Below are positions 17,497 to 26,720 of a stretch of DNA of 64,000 nt, piece by piece. Made by a program: the position numbers and the translations under genes. Within the stretch, counting starts at the first letter, position 1; the number at the start of each line of letters is the position of its first letter. Source of the stretch: Fonticella tunisiensis (GTDB lineage: Bacteria; Bacillota; Clostridia; Clostridiales; Caloramatoraceae); assembly GCF_004364155.1 (NCBI RefSeq), contig NZ_SOAZ01000007.1:65167-129166 (forward strand). Reading direction: 5' to 3'. Below the pieces are notes generated by a model. That model was not told the DNA's origin. It saw nothing but the letters and a program-made list of their open reading frames with translations, and ran no database searches.

Positions 17497-20150
17497 TCCT
17501 TTATCTTAAGAGTCACATAACCCTTTGGTGGAATTTCAACTCTATCCTTGACGGCTTCTTTTTCATCCTCATAAAGATTTGTTTTAACTATTTTCTTTAT
17601 TTTATCCCCATGAATAGCTACAGATTCAATAGTATCCGAAGGATTAAATAAACGTAGAATTACTCCGTCCCCTTCATAGGCCAGCTTACATGTACTCATA
17701 AACACCCTGTCATTATCCACATGGAATAACGAATAGTTTCCTGGAAGACCTTCTTTGTGCATTGGTATTTCAAATCTCTCCAGTCGTTCTTCAAAGGTAT
17801 TTAAGTTTTGTTTCTGGTATGATGCATAGTGTTCAATGTATTTTTCAGTTATTCTAAATAATGCTTGCGGATTAAACCTTTCATCACTAAAATATACTGC
17901 ATATTCAAATTCTAGTTTTTTCATCATCTGAGCGTCAGGTGTATAAACCACCTTATTATTTATACCCGATGCACGGCCAGGCCTCCACAATAAGTCATCC
18001 TTTCCAAGGACCCCAACACTTCTAAATAGAGTCAATGCCAGTTGGCCGTTTTCTAAAGCTTCATACTCCTTTATTCCCTTTGTAATAAGTGCAAAGGTTG
18101 ATCTTTCATCACTCAATGCCGCAAAGTTTTCTAAGGAATATATTGGTACCGGAGCCTCTGCAAACTTCCTTTCCCTCCAGTCCTTCAAATAGGGATTGAT
18201 AGTGCTGTGCTTTATTGCACTGAAGCCCTGATCGGCATAGGAATACTCAGGATTTATTATTGGAGTTTTAAATAAAACCCTAAGTCTGTGGTCCTTTATA
18301 TTGTTATTAACTACGTGCTTAACCCTTATAAACTCCTCTTCCCTTCTAAGTTCAAGGATTGTTAATACTTCAAATTCAGTGGTTCTTTCCTCTGTCTTTC
18401 TTTCCTCCAGATCCTTAGACAATACAGCCCTGTGTACCATTACCATCCTCTCTGCAATGGAGCCCTTTTCCACCTTTAAAAGATGTGAATCCTTAATTAT
18501 TAATGGCTCATCACCCTTAAGTGGTGAAAAGTCATAGGAATCTCCATCATCTGCTGCATCTTCAAAGGTCATAAAGTCTTCAATCCTTTGCCCTGACTTT
18601 TTATGAATTAATATCAATTTGCCCTCATTAAATACAACTTCATAATATTTATTTGTTATTGTATTTTCTCCCTTTTCCTTCAAGATAGCTTCTTTGTTTT
18701 CTCCCTCTTCCTTTATTATGAGGGTCGTGTATCCCATAGGCGGAATATTATTCATCTCCATATTGATAACAGAGCGATAATATCCAGGAAGCTCTATTTC
18801 CTTTTCTCCTTCTGCAGTTACAACTATCTGTTTTCCTCCACTTAAGTATGACTGATTAACTATATCAAAGGCTATATTCTTTCCATCCAGAGTTTCAATG
18901 GAGAATCGAGGCTCCTTAGTGAATATAACACTTTCTATGATTTCCTTTATAGCTAAAGGCTTTGTATTAAATACCACAAGTATATTATCCTTATTGATAT
19001 TTTTACTTATGGCATAGGTTAACTGCTTTTTTAATATGTTTAGCAGTCCATCTGCGATGTTATTTACCTTTGTCAAGCGGTCAATGATATTTCTGTTTGT
19101 GTCATCTGAGTTGCATCCAGCTATGCTGTCATGAGCATGGGCGTCAAACATCATCTTCCACATATTATCAAGCCATGCCTTTGGATATTTCAATCCAAGG
19201 CTTCTTCCTATTACTGCCAGCGGCTCAAGGACACAAAGGATTTTATTTTCGACTAAATTGTTTAATTTCTTGATATCGTATCTCTGTGAACGGATAGTAT
19301 TGTGAATTCTGGATTTTTGCGGAGCTATCAGCTCACCTTCTATTTCATTATTAAACCTTCCTTCCTCATTCCATGTTTCCTTCATGAATGTTTCATAATC
19401 GGAAAGAAGGAATTCATAATCTTCTTCCCTTTTATTTAGTTCCTTTATAATTTCCGGAAAAGCTTCACGTACAAGTACCTGATCTCCACCCGCTGGAAGG
19501 AGCAGGTTGTCCGTACTCTTATTCATGGCTGAAAGCTTCTTAAGAATTGGGAGAAGCTTTTCAGTTACATATTCAGTTTGGGAGGAGAGAAATTTCCCCG
19601 GCCCATAACCTAAGAATATGTTGTTTGCCTTCACTTTCTCTCCATCCGGTGATTTCCATATAAAGTTTAGATCTCCATTTAACTGGTCTGTATAGATACC
19701 TCTCTGAAGTATACTGTATTCTATGTCAAATCCTTTGAATATGGATGGTAAATAGGCATTCTGTCCAAATATATCAGGTAAATAACCTACCTCCATGCAG
19801 TGTCCCATTGCTTTTCCGATTCTTGTTCCATATAGCAGATTCCTTATGATGGATTCTTTATTTACCAATAAGGAGTCAGTTTGTGTGTACCACGGTCCGA
19901 CAAATATACGCTTATCCCTAATTAGCCTCTTTAATCTTTCCTCTTCCTCCGGACAAATTTTCAAGAATTCTTCTACAATAGATAACTGTCCATCGAAGAC
20001 ATATCCAGTATATTCTTCATTGCTCTCCAGCACATCCATTAAATGTAGGAGGTTTTCGCAAAGAAGAACATTTGAATCCTCTATTGTAAAATACCATTCT
20101 CTATCCCAGTGGGAATGTGGTACAACATAAACTTTTTTTACCTGATTCAT
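17493..20150 (-). CDS. mngB: GH38 alpha-mannosidase, mannosylglycerate hydrolase MngB-like
   Basis: 885 aa. N-terminus VVPHSHWDREWYF...GPWYTQTDSLLV...IRNLLYG closely parallels E. coli MngB. Confidence 0.8.
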   Translation of the reverse strand: MNQVKKVYVVPHSHWDREWYFTIEDSNVLLCENLLHLMDVLESNEEYTGYVFDGQLSIVEEFLKICPEEEERLKRLIRDKRIFVGPWYTQTDSLLVNKESIIRNLLYGTRIGKAMGHCMEVGYLPDIFGQNAYLPSIFKGFDIEYSILQRGIYTDQLNGDLNFIWKSPDGEKVKANNIFLGYGPGKFLSSQTEYVTEKLLPILKKLSAMNKSTDNLLLPAGGDQVLVREAFPEIIKELNKREEDYEFLLSDYETFMKETWNEEGRFNNEIEGELIAPQKSRIHNTIRSQRYDIKKLNNLVENKILCVLEPLAVIGRSLGLKYPKAWLDNMWKMMFDAHAHDSIAGCNSDDTNRNIIDRLTKVNNIADGLLNILKKQLTYAISKNINKDNILVVFNTKPLAIKEIIESVIFTKEPRFSIETLDGKNIAFDIVNQSYLSGGKQIVVTAEGEKEIELPGYYRSVINMEMNNIPPMGYTTLIIKEEGENKEAILKEKGENTITNKYYEVVFNEGKLILIHKKSGQRIEDFMTFEDAADDGDSYDFSPLKGDEPLIIKDSHLLKVEKGSIAERMVMVHRAVLSKDLEERKTEERTTEFEVLTILELRREEEFIRVKHVVNNNIKDHRLRVLFKTPIINPEYSYADQGFSAIKHSTINPYLKDWRERKFAEAPVPIYSLENFAALSDERSTFALITKGIKEYEALENGQLALTLFRSVGVLGKDDLLWRPGRASGINNKVVYTPDAQMMKKLEFEYAVYFSDERFNPQALFRITEKYIEHYASYQKQNLNTFEERLERFEIPMHKEGLPGNYSLFHVDNDRVFMSTCKLAYEGDGVILRLFNPSDTIESVAIHGDKIKKIVKTNLYEDEKEAVKDRVEIPPKGYVTLKIKE

Positions 20151-20191
20151 TTTTTACCTCCATTAAGCTGCGTTTCTTTTTTTGTTTATTT

Positions 20192-22147
20192 CTACTTTTC
20201 ATTTTCCCTTCTTTTTAACATTACAAATCTAATAAATATATTGGCAAATGCTATAAATAGCGTACCAACTAAAAGTCCTACAATGTATGCCCACAGATTT
20301 TCAACCAATGGCCATCCCCATACTGCGGGAAGCGGAAACCACTGAACTGCCCCTAATGAAACTGCTGTAATTGATCCAAGTATTGCACCAAGTATATTTA
20401 TTGGTATTGTTATAAGCGGGTTTCTAAGCATAAATGGTATAGCACCTTCGCTTATAGCAATAAGTCCAAGTAATATGGATGTTCTACCTGCTATTCTCAA
20501 GTCTTCATCAAATACATGGCGTCCAACTACATATTTATCTAAAACAGTTGCTAAACCTAATCCTATTGGTGGTATAACTATTGAAAGTACACGTGGAGTT
20601 AACGGGAATATTTTATCTGCAGCAAGTCCTATTGCAATGGCACCTGCCGCCTTATTTATTGGACCTCCAAGGTCAAATGCTGTTGCTGCTGCAATTATCG
20701 CTGATAAACCAAGTGTTCCTGCAGCTTGTGCTTGCTTTATTAAATTTCTGAGTGTTAAGTTTAATCCTCCAAATACAGGGTCAACAATATAGAAATTTAA
20801 TAGGAATATTGAAAGTACACTTATTCCTGGTATTATGAGCATCGGTTTCATTGCGCTTAAGTTCTTTGAAAGCTTTATCCTTTCATTCAGGAATCTTGAA
20901 ATATATCCTGCTGCAAGCCCTAATATAAGTGCTCCAAAGAATCCTGATGGTATACCATCCTTAACTCCCCAGAAGGTGAAATGAAGTCCTGCTGCAAATG
21001 CACCTCCGATAAGCCCTGAAACAATACCTACACGGTCAGCTATAGCATAAGCAACATAGGCTGAGAAAATTGGATACATGAATTTAAAGATCATTCCACC
21101 AAAGGCATCAAGAAAGTGTAATATCTTTATAAGTTCATTCGGGCTGGCCGCATACTTTGCATCTCCAATTTCCTTTACTATTCCAAATGCCATTGCTCCA
21201 AGCTTACCAATACCTATCATAAGACCGGCGGCTACTATTACTGGAATCATATAGGATATGCCTGTAAGAACTGCCTGGGACATTTCTGAAAGAATTCCGC
21301 CCTTTTTCGTACCACTTTCTGCTATAACTTCTTCCTTCTCCTCAACAATTCCATCGGGATTAGTTAGAACCTTATTTATCAGTGCCTTTGCATTCTTCAG
21401 AGGTTCTGCAACCTTTGTTCTTACATAGGGTTTTCCATTGAATCTTTCTACTTTTTTTGGTGCTATGTCAGTTGCAAAGATAACTCCATCTGCCTTTTCT
21501 ATTAATTCCTTTGTATGCGCATTTTCTATTCCATTTGCTCCCTGTTTTTCAACAATCACTCTAACTCCCATTTCCTTTCCTGCCTTTTCTAAGGCTTCAG
21601 CTGCCATATAAGTATGGGCTATACCTGCTGCACAGGCTGTAATTGCAAGAACAGTTTTAGAGTACTTAAGCCCTTCTTCCTTTCTTTCGTTATTATAATC
21701 AAGGGCTTCTATAAATTCCTTTGCATTTTTGGCTTTCCTTAATCTGTTTACAAAATCCTTATTCATTAATGCTGTGGAAAGCTCTGCAAGAAGCTTTAGA
21801 TGTGTTGACCCTGCCTCTTCCTCTGGAATTGCAAGCAGGAATACAAGCTCTACTTGATTATTTTGGCTTATACTTTCCCATGCTGATATTTTATTCTTCA
21901 AACGTGCAACTCCAAAAGCAGCTCTTTTTACAGCCTTTGATTTACCATGGGGAATTGCAAGTCCATCCTCAAGGCCTGTAGGTGAATGCTTTTCCCTCTC
22001 CATAACAGCCTTTAAAAATTCTTCCTTTGATGTAATGAAGTTTTCTTTATAAAGAGCATGTACAATTTTTTCAATAACTTCTTCCTTTGAAGAAGCTTCT
22101 AGATCTAAAAGAATGAGTTCTTCCTTTGTCATTCTCTGAAGATTCAT
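20192..22147 (-). CDS. mngA: PTS fructose-family EIIA-EIIB-EIIC permease, MngA-like
   Basis: 651 aa. EIIA His site LAIPHGKS, EIIB Cys site ITACAAGIAHT and a C-terminal EIIC membrane domain. Sits immediately upstream of mngB. Confidence 0.7.
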   Translation of the reverse strand: MNLQRMTKEELILLDLEASSKEEVIEKIVHALYKENFITSKEEFLKAVMEREKHSPTGLEDGLAIPHGKSKAVKRAAFGVARLKNKISAWESISQNNQVELVFLLAIPEEEAGSTHLKLLAELSTALMNKDFVNRLRKAKNAKEFIEALDYNNERKEEGLKYSKTVLAITACAAGIAHTYMAAEALEKAGKEMGVRVIVEKQGANGIENAHTKELIEKADGVIFATDIAPKKVERFNGKPYVRTKVAEPLKNAKALINKVLTNPDGIVEEKEEVIAESGTKKGGILSEMSQAVLTGISYMIPVIVAAGLMIGIGKLGAMAFGIVKEIGDAKYAASPNELIKILHFLDAFGGMIFKFMYPIFSAYVAYAIADRVGIVSGLIGGAFAAGLHFTFWGVKDGIPSGFFGALILGLAAGYISRFLNERIKLSKNLSAMKPMLIIPGISVLSIFLLNFYIVDPVFGGLNLTLRNLIKQAQAAGTLGLSAIIAAATAFDLGGPINKAAGAIAIGLAADKIFPLTPRVLSIVIPPIGLGLATVLDKYVVGRHVFDEDLRIAGRTSILLGLIAISEGAIPFMLRNPLITIPINILGAILGSITAVSLGAVQWFPLPAVWGWPLVENLWAYIVGLLVGTLFIAFANIFIRFVMLKRRENEK

Positions 22148-22319
22148 TTTGATACTCCTTTCTACCTATTTGAATTTTAAGACTCTTCAAAAGCCTCTCA
22201 ATTATTTTATAGCATAAACGAATTAAAAATATTTATACATTCAGCGTACAATTTTACTTTTTATCGATTTTTGCTATAATCATTAATGATATTGTAACTC
22301 AAAAGGAGCAAGCAGTATT

Positions 22320-23078
22320 ATGAGTAAACTATTAAATCGTTTTGCTAATGACCTTCCTAAACTTAGCCATGCAGAAAAACATGTATTTTATTATATTGAA
22401 AGCAATATTGAAGAGGCTAAAAAGCAATCTCTTACAGAGATGGCTGAAGTAAATAATGTAAGCACTACTACTATCGTCCGCATGTGCAATAAATTGGGAC
22501 TTTCCGGTTTTTCTGAATTAAAGTATATATTAAAAGATATAGAACAAAATAATGTTTCTTCTGAAAGTAGTTTGTTAGACAACATAAAAAATAATATAAA
22601 CCTCACTCTATCAAACTTAAACATCGAAACTCTACATTCTCTTATAAGACTTATGATAAGCTCTAAAAAGATTGTAGTTGTAGCCGTAGGGCTTTCAAAA
22701 ACTATAGGAGAATATTTTTCCAAACTTTTAATGCAGATAAACAAAAACACACTATACGTTTATGAATCCCACATAATAGACCTTCTTCCAGGGATGATGA
22801 ATTGGGATGATCTGGTTATCTTTATATCCAACAGTGGAGAAACAAAGACATTACTTTCAATAGCTGAAAAGCTAAGCTATCGAAACTATAAAACTGCCGC
22901 AATTGTGAATGCTGCTGACTCTACACTTTCAAGGCATGTTACATTGTCCATAAATGCACATTCCAACAAAAGCGAATATAGAGGATACGACATTACTCCA
23001 AGATCTACACTGCTTTTACTTATAGATATAATTTTCGGTATGTTCTTAGAGGCTAAAAACAAAAATAAACAAAAATAA
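22320..23078 (+). CDS. RpiR/MurR-family transcriptional regulator (HTH_6 plus SIS domain)
   Basis: 252 aa. N-terminal HTH and C-terminal SIS sugar-phosphate-binding domain. Divergent from mngA. Confidence 0.7.
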   Translation: MSKLLNRFANDLPKLSHAEKHVFYYIESNIEEAKKQSLTEMAEVNNVSTTTIVRMCNKLGLSGFSELKYILKDIEQNNVSSESSLLDNIKNNINLTLSNLNIETLHSLIRLMISSKKIVVVAVGLSKTIGEYFSKLLMQINKNTLYVYESHIIDLLPGMMNWDDLVIFISNSGETKTLLSIAEKLSYRNYKTAAIVNAADSTLSRHVTLSINAHSNKSEYRGYDITPRSTLLLLIDIIFGMFLEAKNKNKQK

Positions 23079-23103
23079 ACGAAAATAAACTCAATCTAAA
23101 AAA

Positions 23104-23142
23104 GCTGTCATTTTGATGGCTGCCATCAAAATGACAGTTATA
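23104..23142 (+). terminator. Intrinsic terminator after the rpiR-family gene
   Basis: Perfect hairpin ctgtcattttgatggc / gccatcaaaatgacag. Confidence 0.6.
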
Positions 23143-23393
23143 CATACTGAAACAACGCTATTTTGACTAGAAACCTATTCACCTCTTATGTGCTCAAACT
23201 TAATTGTCCGCAATGAAATATCATATTGATATTTCATTTGTGTCCAATCTCCTGTCTATGTAAAGTCTCTTTGCCAACCTCATATAATCCTTTACTGTGT
23301 TCAGTAAATACTCTTTGCCATAATTCAATAATTGTCTCCCAACAACGATAATCTTATCTCTTTAAATCCTAAAGCATAACGATATAAAATTGC

Positions 23394-23423
23394 TTGACTA
23401 TTTCAAAATGTTATGTTAGAATT
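23394..23423 (+). promoter_or_regulatory. Candidate sigma-A promoter, about 460 nt upstream of adh
   Basis: TTGACT, 17-nt spacer, TAGAAT. Confidence 0.35.
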
Positions 23424-23882
23424 TTCACAAAAGGTAAATTATTTAATAAGTAACATATAATTATTATAAACTCAAAAAAAGCCTAAGCATTTTTTTTACA
23501 ATAATATGTTAAATAAATAACATAAAGTATGTAATTTTTTAAAATCAAATCGTTAATTATGGACAAATATAAATGCGTAAAGGTATTTATCCAATCTTAG
23601 GGGGGTAAATTTCCTTGTGATAAAATACTATTATTAAAATTTGTTATACAACTTCCATCTACTTCAGATAGAATGCTTTTTTCCAATTGAAGAAATTGAT
23701 TTATTGCCATATACAGGGATTAAGCCTGCATTAGTTCCTACTTCCTGTGAAAAAATATACGACTTTTATTTAACACAAGTAAAGGTTTATGCTGGTTTTT
23801 ATTGTTACTAATATCACAAATCAGATTTTTATTTTTAAATAACTATAATAATTTATTTAAATTCAGAAGGGAGAGATTTTCA

Positions 23883-24941
23883 ATGAAGGGTTTTGCAATG
23901 CTTGGTATTGGTAAGGTAGGTTGGATAGAAAAAGAAAAACCTACTCCTGGACCATTTGATGCCATTGTTCGTCCACTGGCAGTAGCACCATGCACCTCAG
24001 ATATTCATACAGTATTTGAAGGAGCCATTGGTGAAAGACATGATATGATTTTAGGCCATGAGGCAGTAGGAGAAGTAGTTGAAGTTGGTAGTGAAGTAAA
24101 GGATTTTAAACCAGGAGATAGGGTAATTGTTCCAGCCATAACACCCTCCTGGAGAACACTTGAAGTTCAACGCAATTATCATCAGCATTCGGAAGGAATG
24201 TTAGCAGGTTGGAAATTCTCAAATATAAAAGATGGTGTATTTGGTGAATTTTTTCACGTAAATGATGCAGATATGAATCTTGCACATTTACCGGAAGGAA
24301 TTTCTTTGGAAGCAGCTGTCATGCTAACCGATATGATGACTACAGGCTTCCATGGAGCAGAATTAGCAGAAATCGAATTGGGTTACTCTGTTGCAGTTTT
24401 GGGTATAGGAGCTGTAGGCTTGATGGCTGTTGCTGGTGCAAGGCTAAGGGGTGCCAGCAGAATAATAGTTGTAGGCAGCAGACCAGTTTGTGTTGAGGTT
24501 GCAAAGGAATATGGTGCTACAGATGTTGTAAATTATAAAAACGGCCCAATTGATGAGCAAATCATAGAATTAACAAACGGCGAAGGCGTAGATGCTGCTA
24601 TTATTGCTGGAGGTGATTCAGACATATTAGCTAGTGCAGTTAAAATAACAAAACCTGGCGGTAATATATCCAATATAAATTATTTTGGCTCTGGAGAAGT
24701 ATTGCCAGTTCCAAGACTTGAATGGGGTTGTGGTATGGCCCACAAGACCATCAGGGGAGGACTATGCCCAGGTGGAAGATTAAGAATGGAAAAGTTAGCA
24801 AACCTCGTTAAATATAAACGTGTTGATCCTTCCAAACTTGTTACTCATGTTTTCCATGGTTTTGAAAATATTGAAAAGGCTCTAATGCTTATGAAGGACA
24901 AGCCAAAGGATCTTATAAAACCTGTAGTTTTAATAGATTAG
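23883..24941 (+). CDS. adh: NADP-dependent secondary-alcohol (isopropanol) dehydrogenase, zinc MDR family
   Basis: Near-identical over its length to my recollection of the T. brockii / C. beijerinckii enzyme (MKGFAMLGIGKVGWIEKEKP...GHEAVGEVVEVGSEV...). RBS before the ATG at 23883. Confidence 0.85.
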   Translation: MKGFAMLGIGKVGWIEKEKPTPGPFDAIVRPLAVAPCTSDIHTVFEGAIGERHDMILGHEAVGEVVEVGSEVKDFKPGDRVIVPAITPSWRTLEVQRNYHQHSEGMLAGWKFSNIKDGVFGEFFHVNDADMNLAHLPEGISLEAAVMLTDMMTTGFHGAELAEIELGYSVAVLGIGAVGLMAVAGARLRGASRIIVVGSRPVCVEVAKEYGATDVVNYKNGPIDEQIIELTNGEGVDAAIIAGGDSDILASAVKITKPGGNISNINYFGSGEVLPVPRLEWGCGMAHKTIRGGLCPGGRLRMEKLANLVKYKRVDPSKLVTHVFHGFENIEKALMLMKDKPKDLIKPVVLID

Positions 24942-24967
24942 AAAAATTATGTTTTTATAGCTTACTA

Positions 24968-25001
24968 AAAACCCGGTAGTATTTATACTGCCGGGTTTTA
25001 G
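24968..25001. terminator. Bidirectional terminator
   Basis: aaaacccggtagtatttatactgccgggtttt. Confidence 0.6.
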
Positions 25002-25068
25002 TTTAATAAAGCAGTAAGGCTAAGATGTCACAAGGGCTTGCTGAATTGCATCTTCATCCAAGTTAAGG

Positions 25069-25437
25069 CTAAGCCTTCCTTGCTACGTTTTTGGTGGCTA
25101 TTACATTTACTCCTGTGTTAAGGATGTTTTCAACTATAACCTGTCCTGCTTCAACAGGAGCTTCCACCTTCACTCCCTTTAAAGCTCTTATACATTCATA
25201 AATCTTATCCTTTGGTATATCCCTTTCAGTTTTAACTGAAACCATAGCCTCTGCTCCATTTATAACCTCAAGGGTTGTGGTAATTATCCTTGTGGGATTT
25301 GTACACTCCTTTACGGCGTAATCCTCTCCCTTTTTGCAGGAATGGCCTGAAATTTTTATAACACTTCCATTCTCCACTAAAACCTCAAGGCTGCATCCAA
25401 GGGGGCATCCTATACAAATAAGCTCCTTCTTAATCAT
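25069..25437 (-). CDS. DUF1667 protein (CxxC...CxxC small subunit of the G3P dehydrogenase-like set)
   Basis: 122 aa. CIGCPLGC and HSCKKG cysteine motifs. Paralog of 54855-55217. Confidence 0.65.
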   Translation of the reverse strand: MIKKELICIGCPLGCSLEVLVENGSVIKISGHSCKKGEDYAVKECTNPTRIITTTLEVINGAEAMVSVKTERDIPKDKIYECIRALKGVKVEAPVEAGQVIVENILNTGVNVIATKNVARKA

Positions 25438-25440
25438 ATA

Positions 25441-26703
25441 CTACTCCCCCTCAACCTTAATCGTTATTTTCCTAATATCAGTCCTATCCTTGAAAAATGC
25501 CGGCTTGAGCCTTATCGTTTCCATCTCTCCGGGGGTTAGTATCCTCTTTTTAAGGTGCATAATCCTTACGTCATCAAAATATACAGATATATATTTATCC
25601 CTATAAACATTTGAAACTCTAAATCTTACGTCTACTCCATCACCAAGGTTTCCTGTATGAACCCAAACAGGAACAGTGTATCTTACTCCTTCACCTGCTG
25701 TAAGTTCTACTACTTCCCCCTTCTTTTCATACATTCCCTTTACATATCTGGCTGCATTTTTACCCGCTTCCATACTCTCCATAGTTACGAAGTCAACAAG
25801 GTCATGGACATGAAGAACGTTTCCGCAGGCAAATACCCCTGGAATCTCTGTCTCCATTGTTTCGTCAACCATTGGCCCTCCCGTATTACCTGAAATTTCA
25901 ATATTCGCCTTCCTTGTAAGCTCATTTTCAGGTATAAGCCCAACTGATAGTAAAAGGGTGTCACAGGAAACAAACTCCTCAGTACCCGGTATGATATTTC
26001 TATTTTCATCAACCTGGGCAACGGTAACCCCCTCTACCCTTTCCTTTCCCTTTATGTCAACTACTGTATGGCTGAGTTTTAGTGGTATGTTGTAATCATT
26101 TAAACACTGGACTATATTTCTTTTAAGCCCACTTGAGTATGGCAAAAGCTCATCCACTTCAACAACCTTTGCCCCTTCAAGTGTCATCCTCCTTGCCATA
26201 ATAAGCCCTATATCTCCTGAGCCTAAAACCACAATTTTTTTACCTGGCAAATATCCCTTTATATTCACATATTTCTGTGCAGTTCCTGCAGTTAAAATGC
26301 CTGCACATCTCGAGCCTGGAATATTGAGGGCTCCCCTTGGCCTTTCTCTGCAGCCCATTGCAAGCACGACGGCCTTTGCCTTTATTTCAAGTAGGCCGTC
26401 CTCCTCGTTTACTGCGGTAATTATTTTGTCCCTATTGAAATCTATTACCATTGTATTTAGCTTATAGGGGATGTTTAACTTTAAAACTTTATCTATAAAC
26501 CTTTTAGCGTACTCGGGCCCTGTAAGCTCCTCCTTAAAAATGTGAAGACCAAAACCGTTATGAATACACTGGTTTAATATTCCTCCAAGCTTATCTTCCC
26601 TTTCAAGAATGAGAATATTTTCTATTTCTTCCTCCCTGGCACTTATGGCAGCAGCAAGCCCTGCCGGTCCTCCACCGATTATTACAATATCATATTCCTT
26701 CAT
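25441..26703 (-). CDS. FAD/NAD(P)-binding pyridine nucleotide-disulfide oxidoreductase family protein
   Basis: 420 aa. Dinucleotide folds IVIIGGGPAGLAAA and VVLGSGDIGL. Paralog of 55220-56476. Confidence 0.7.
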   Translation of the reverse strand: MKEYDIVIIGGGPAGLAAAISAREEEIENILILEREDKLGGILNQCIHNGFGLHIFKEELTGPEYAKRFIDKVLKLNIPYKLNTMVIDFNRDKIITAVNEEDGLLEIKAKAVVLAMGCRERPRGALNIPGSRCAGILTAGTAQKYVNIKGYLPGKKIVVLGSGDIGLIMARRMTLEGAKVVEVDELLPYSSGLKRNIVQCLNDYNIPLKLSHTVVDIKGKERVEGVTVAQVDENRNIIPGTEEFVSCDTLLLSVGLIPENELTRKANIEISGNTGGPMVDETMETEIPGVFACGNVLHVHDLVDFVTMESMEAGKNAARYVKGMYEKKGEVVELTAGEGVRYTVPVWVHTGNLGDGVDVRFRVSNVYRDKYISVYFDDVRIMHLKKRILTPGEMETIRLKPAFFKDRTDIRKITIKVEGE

Positions 26704-26720
26704 CTAGAGCGCCCCCTTAT

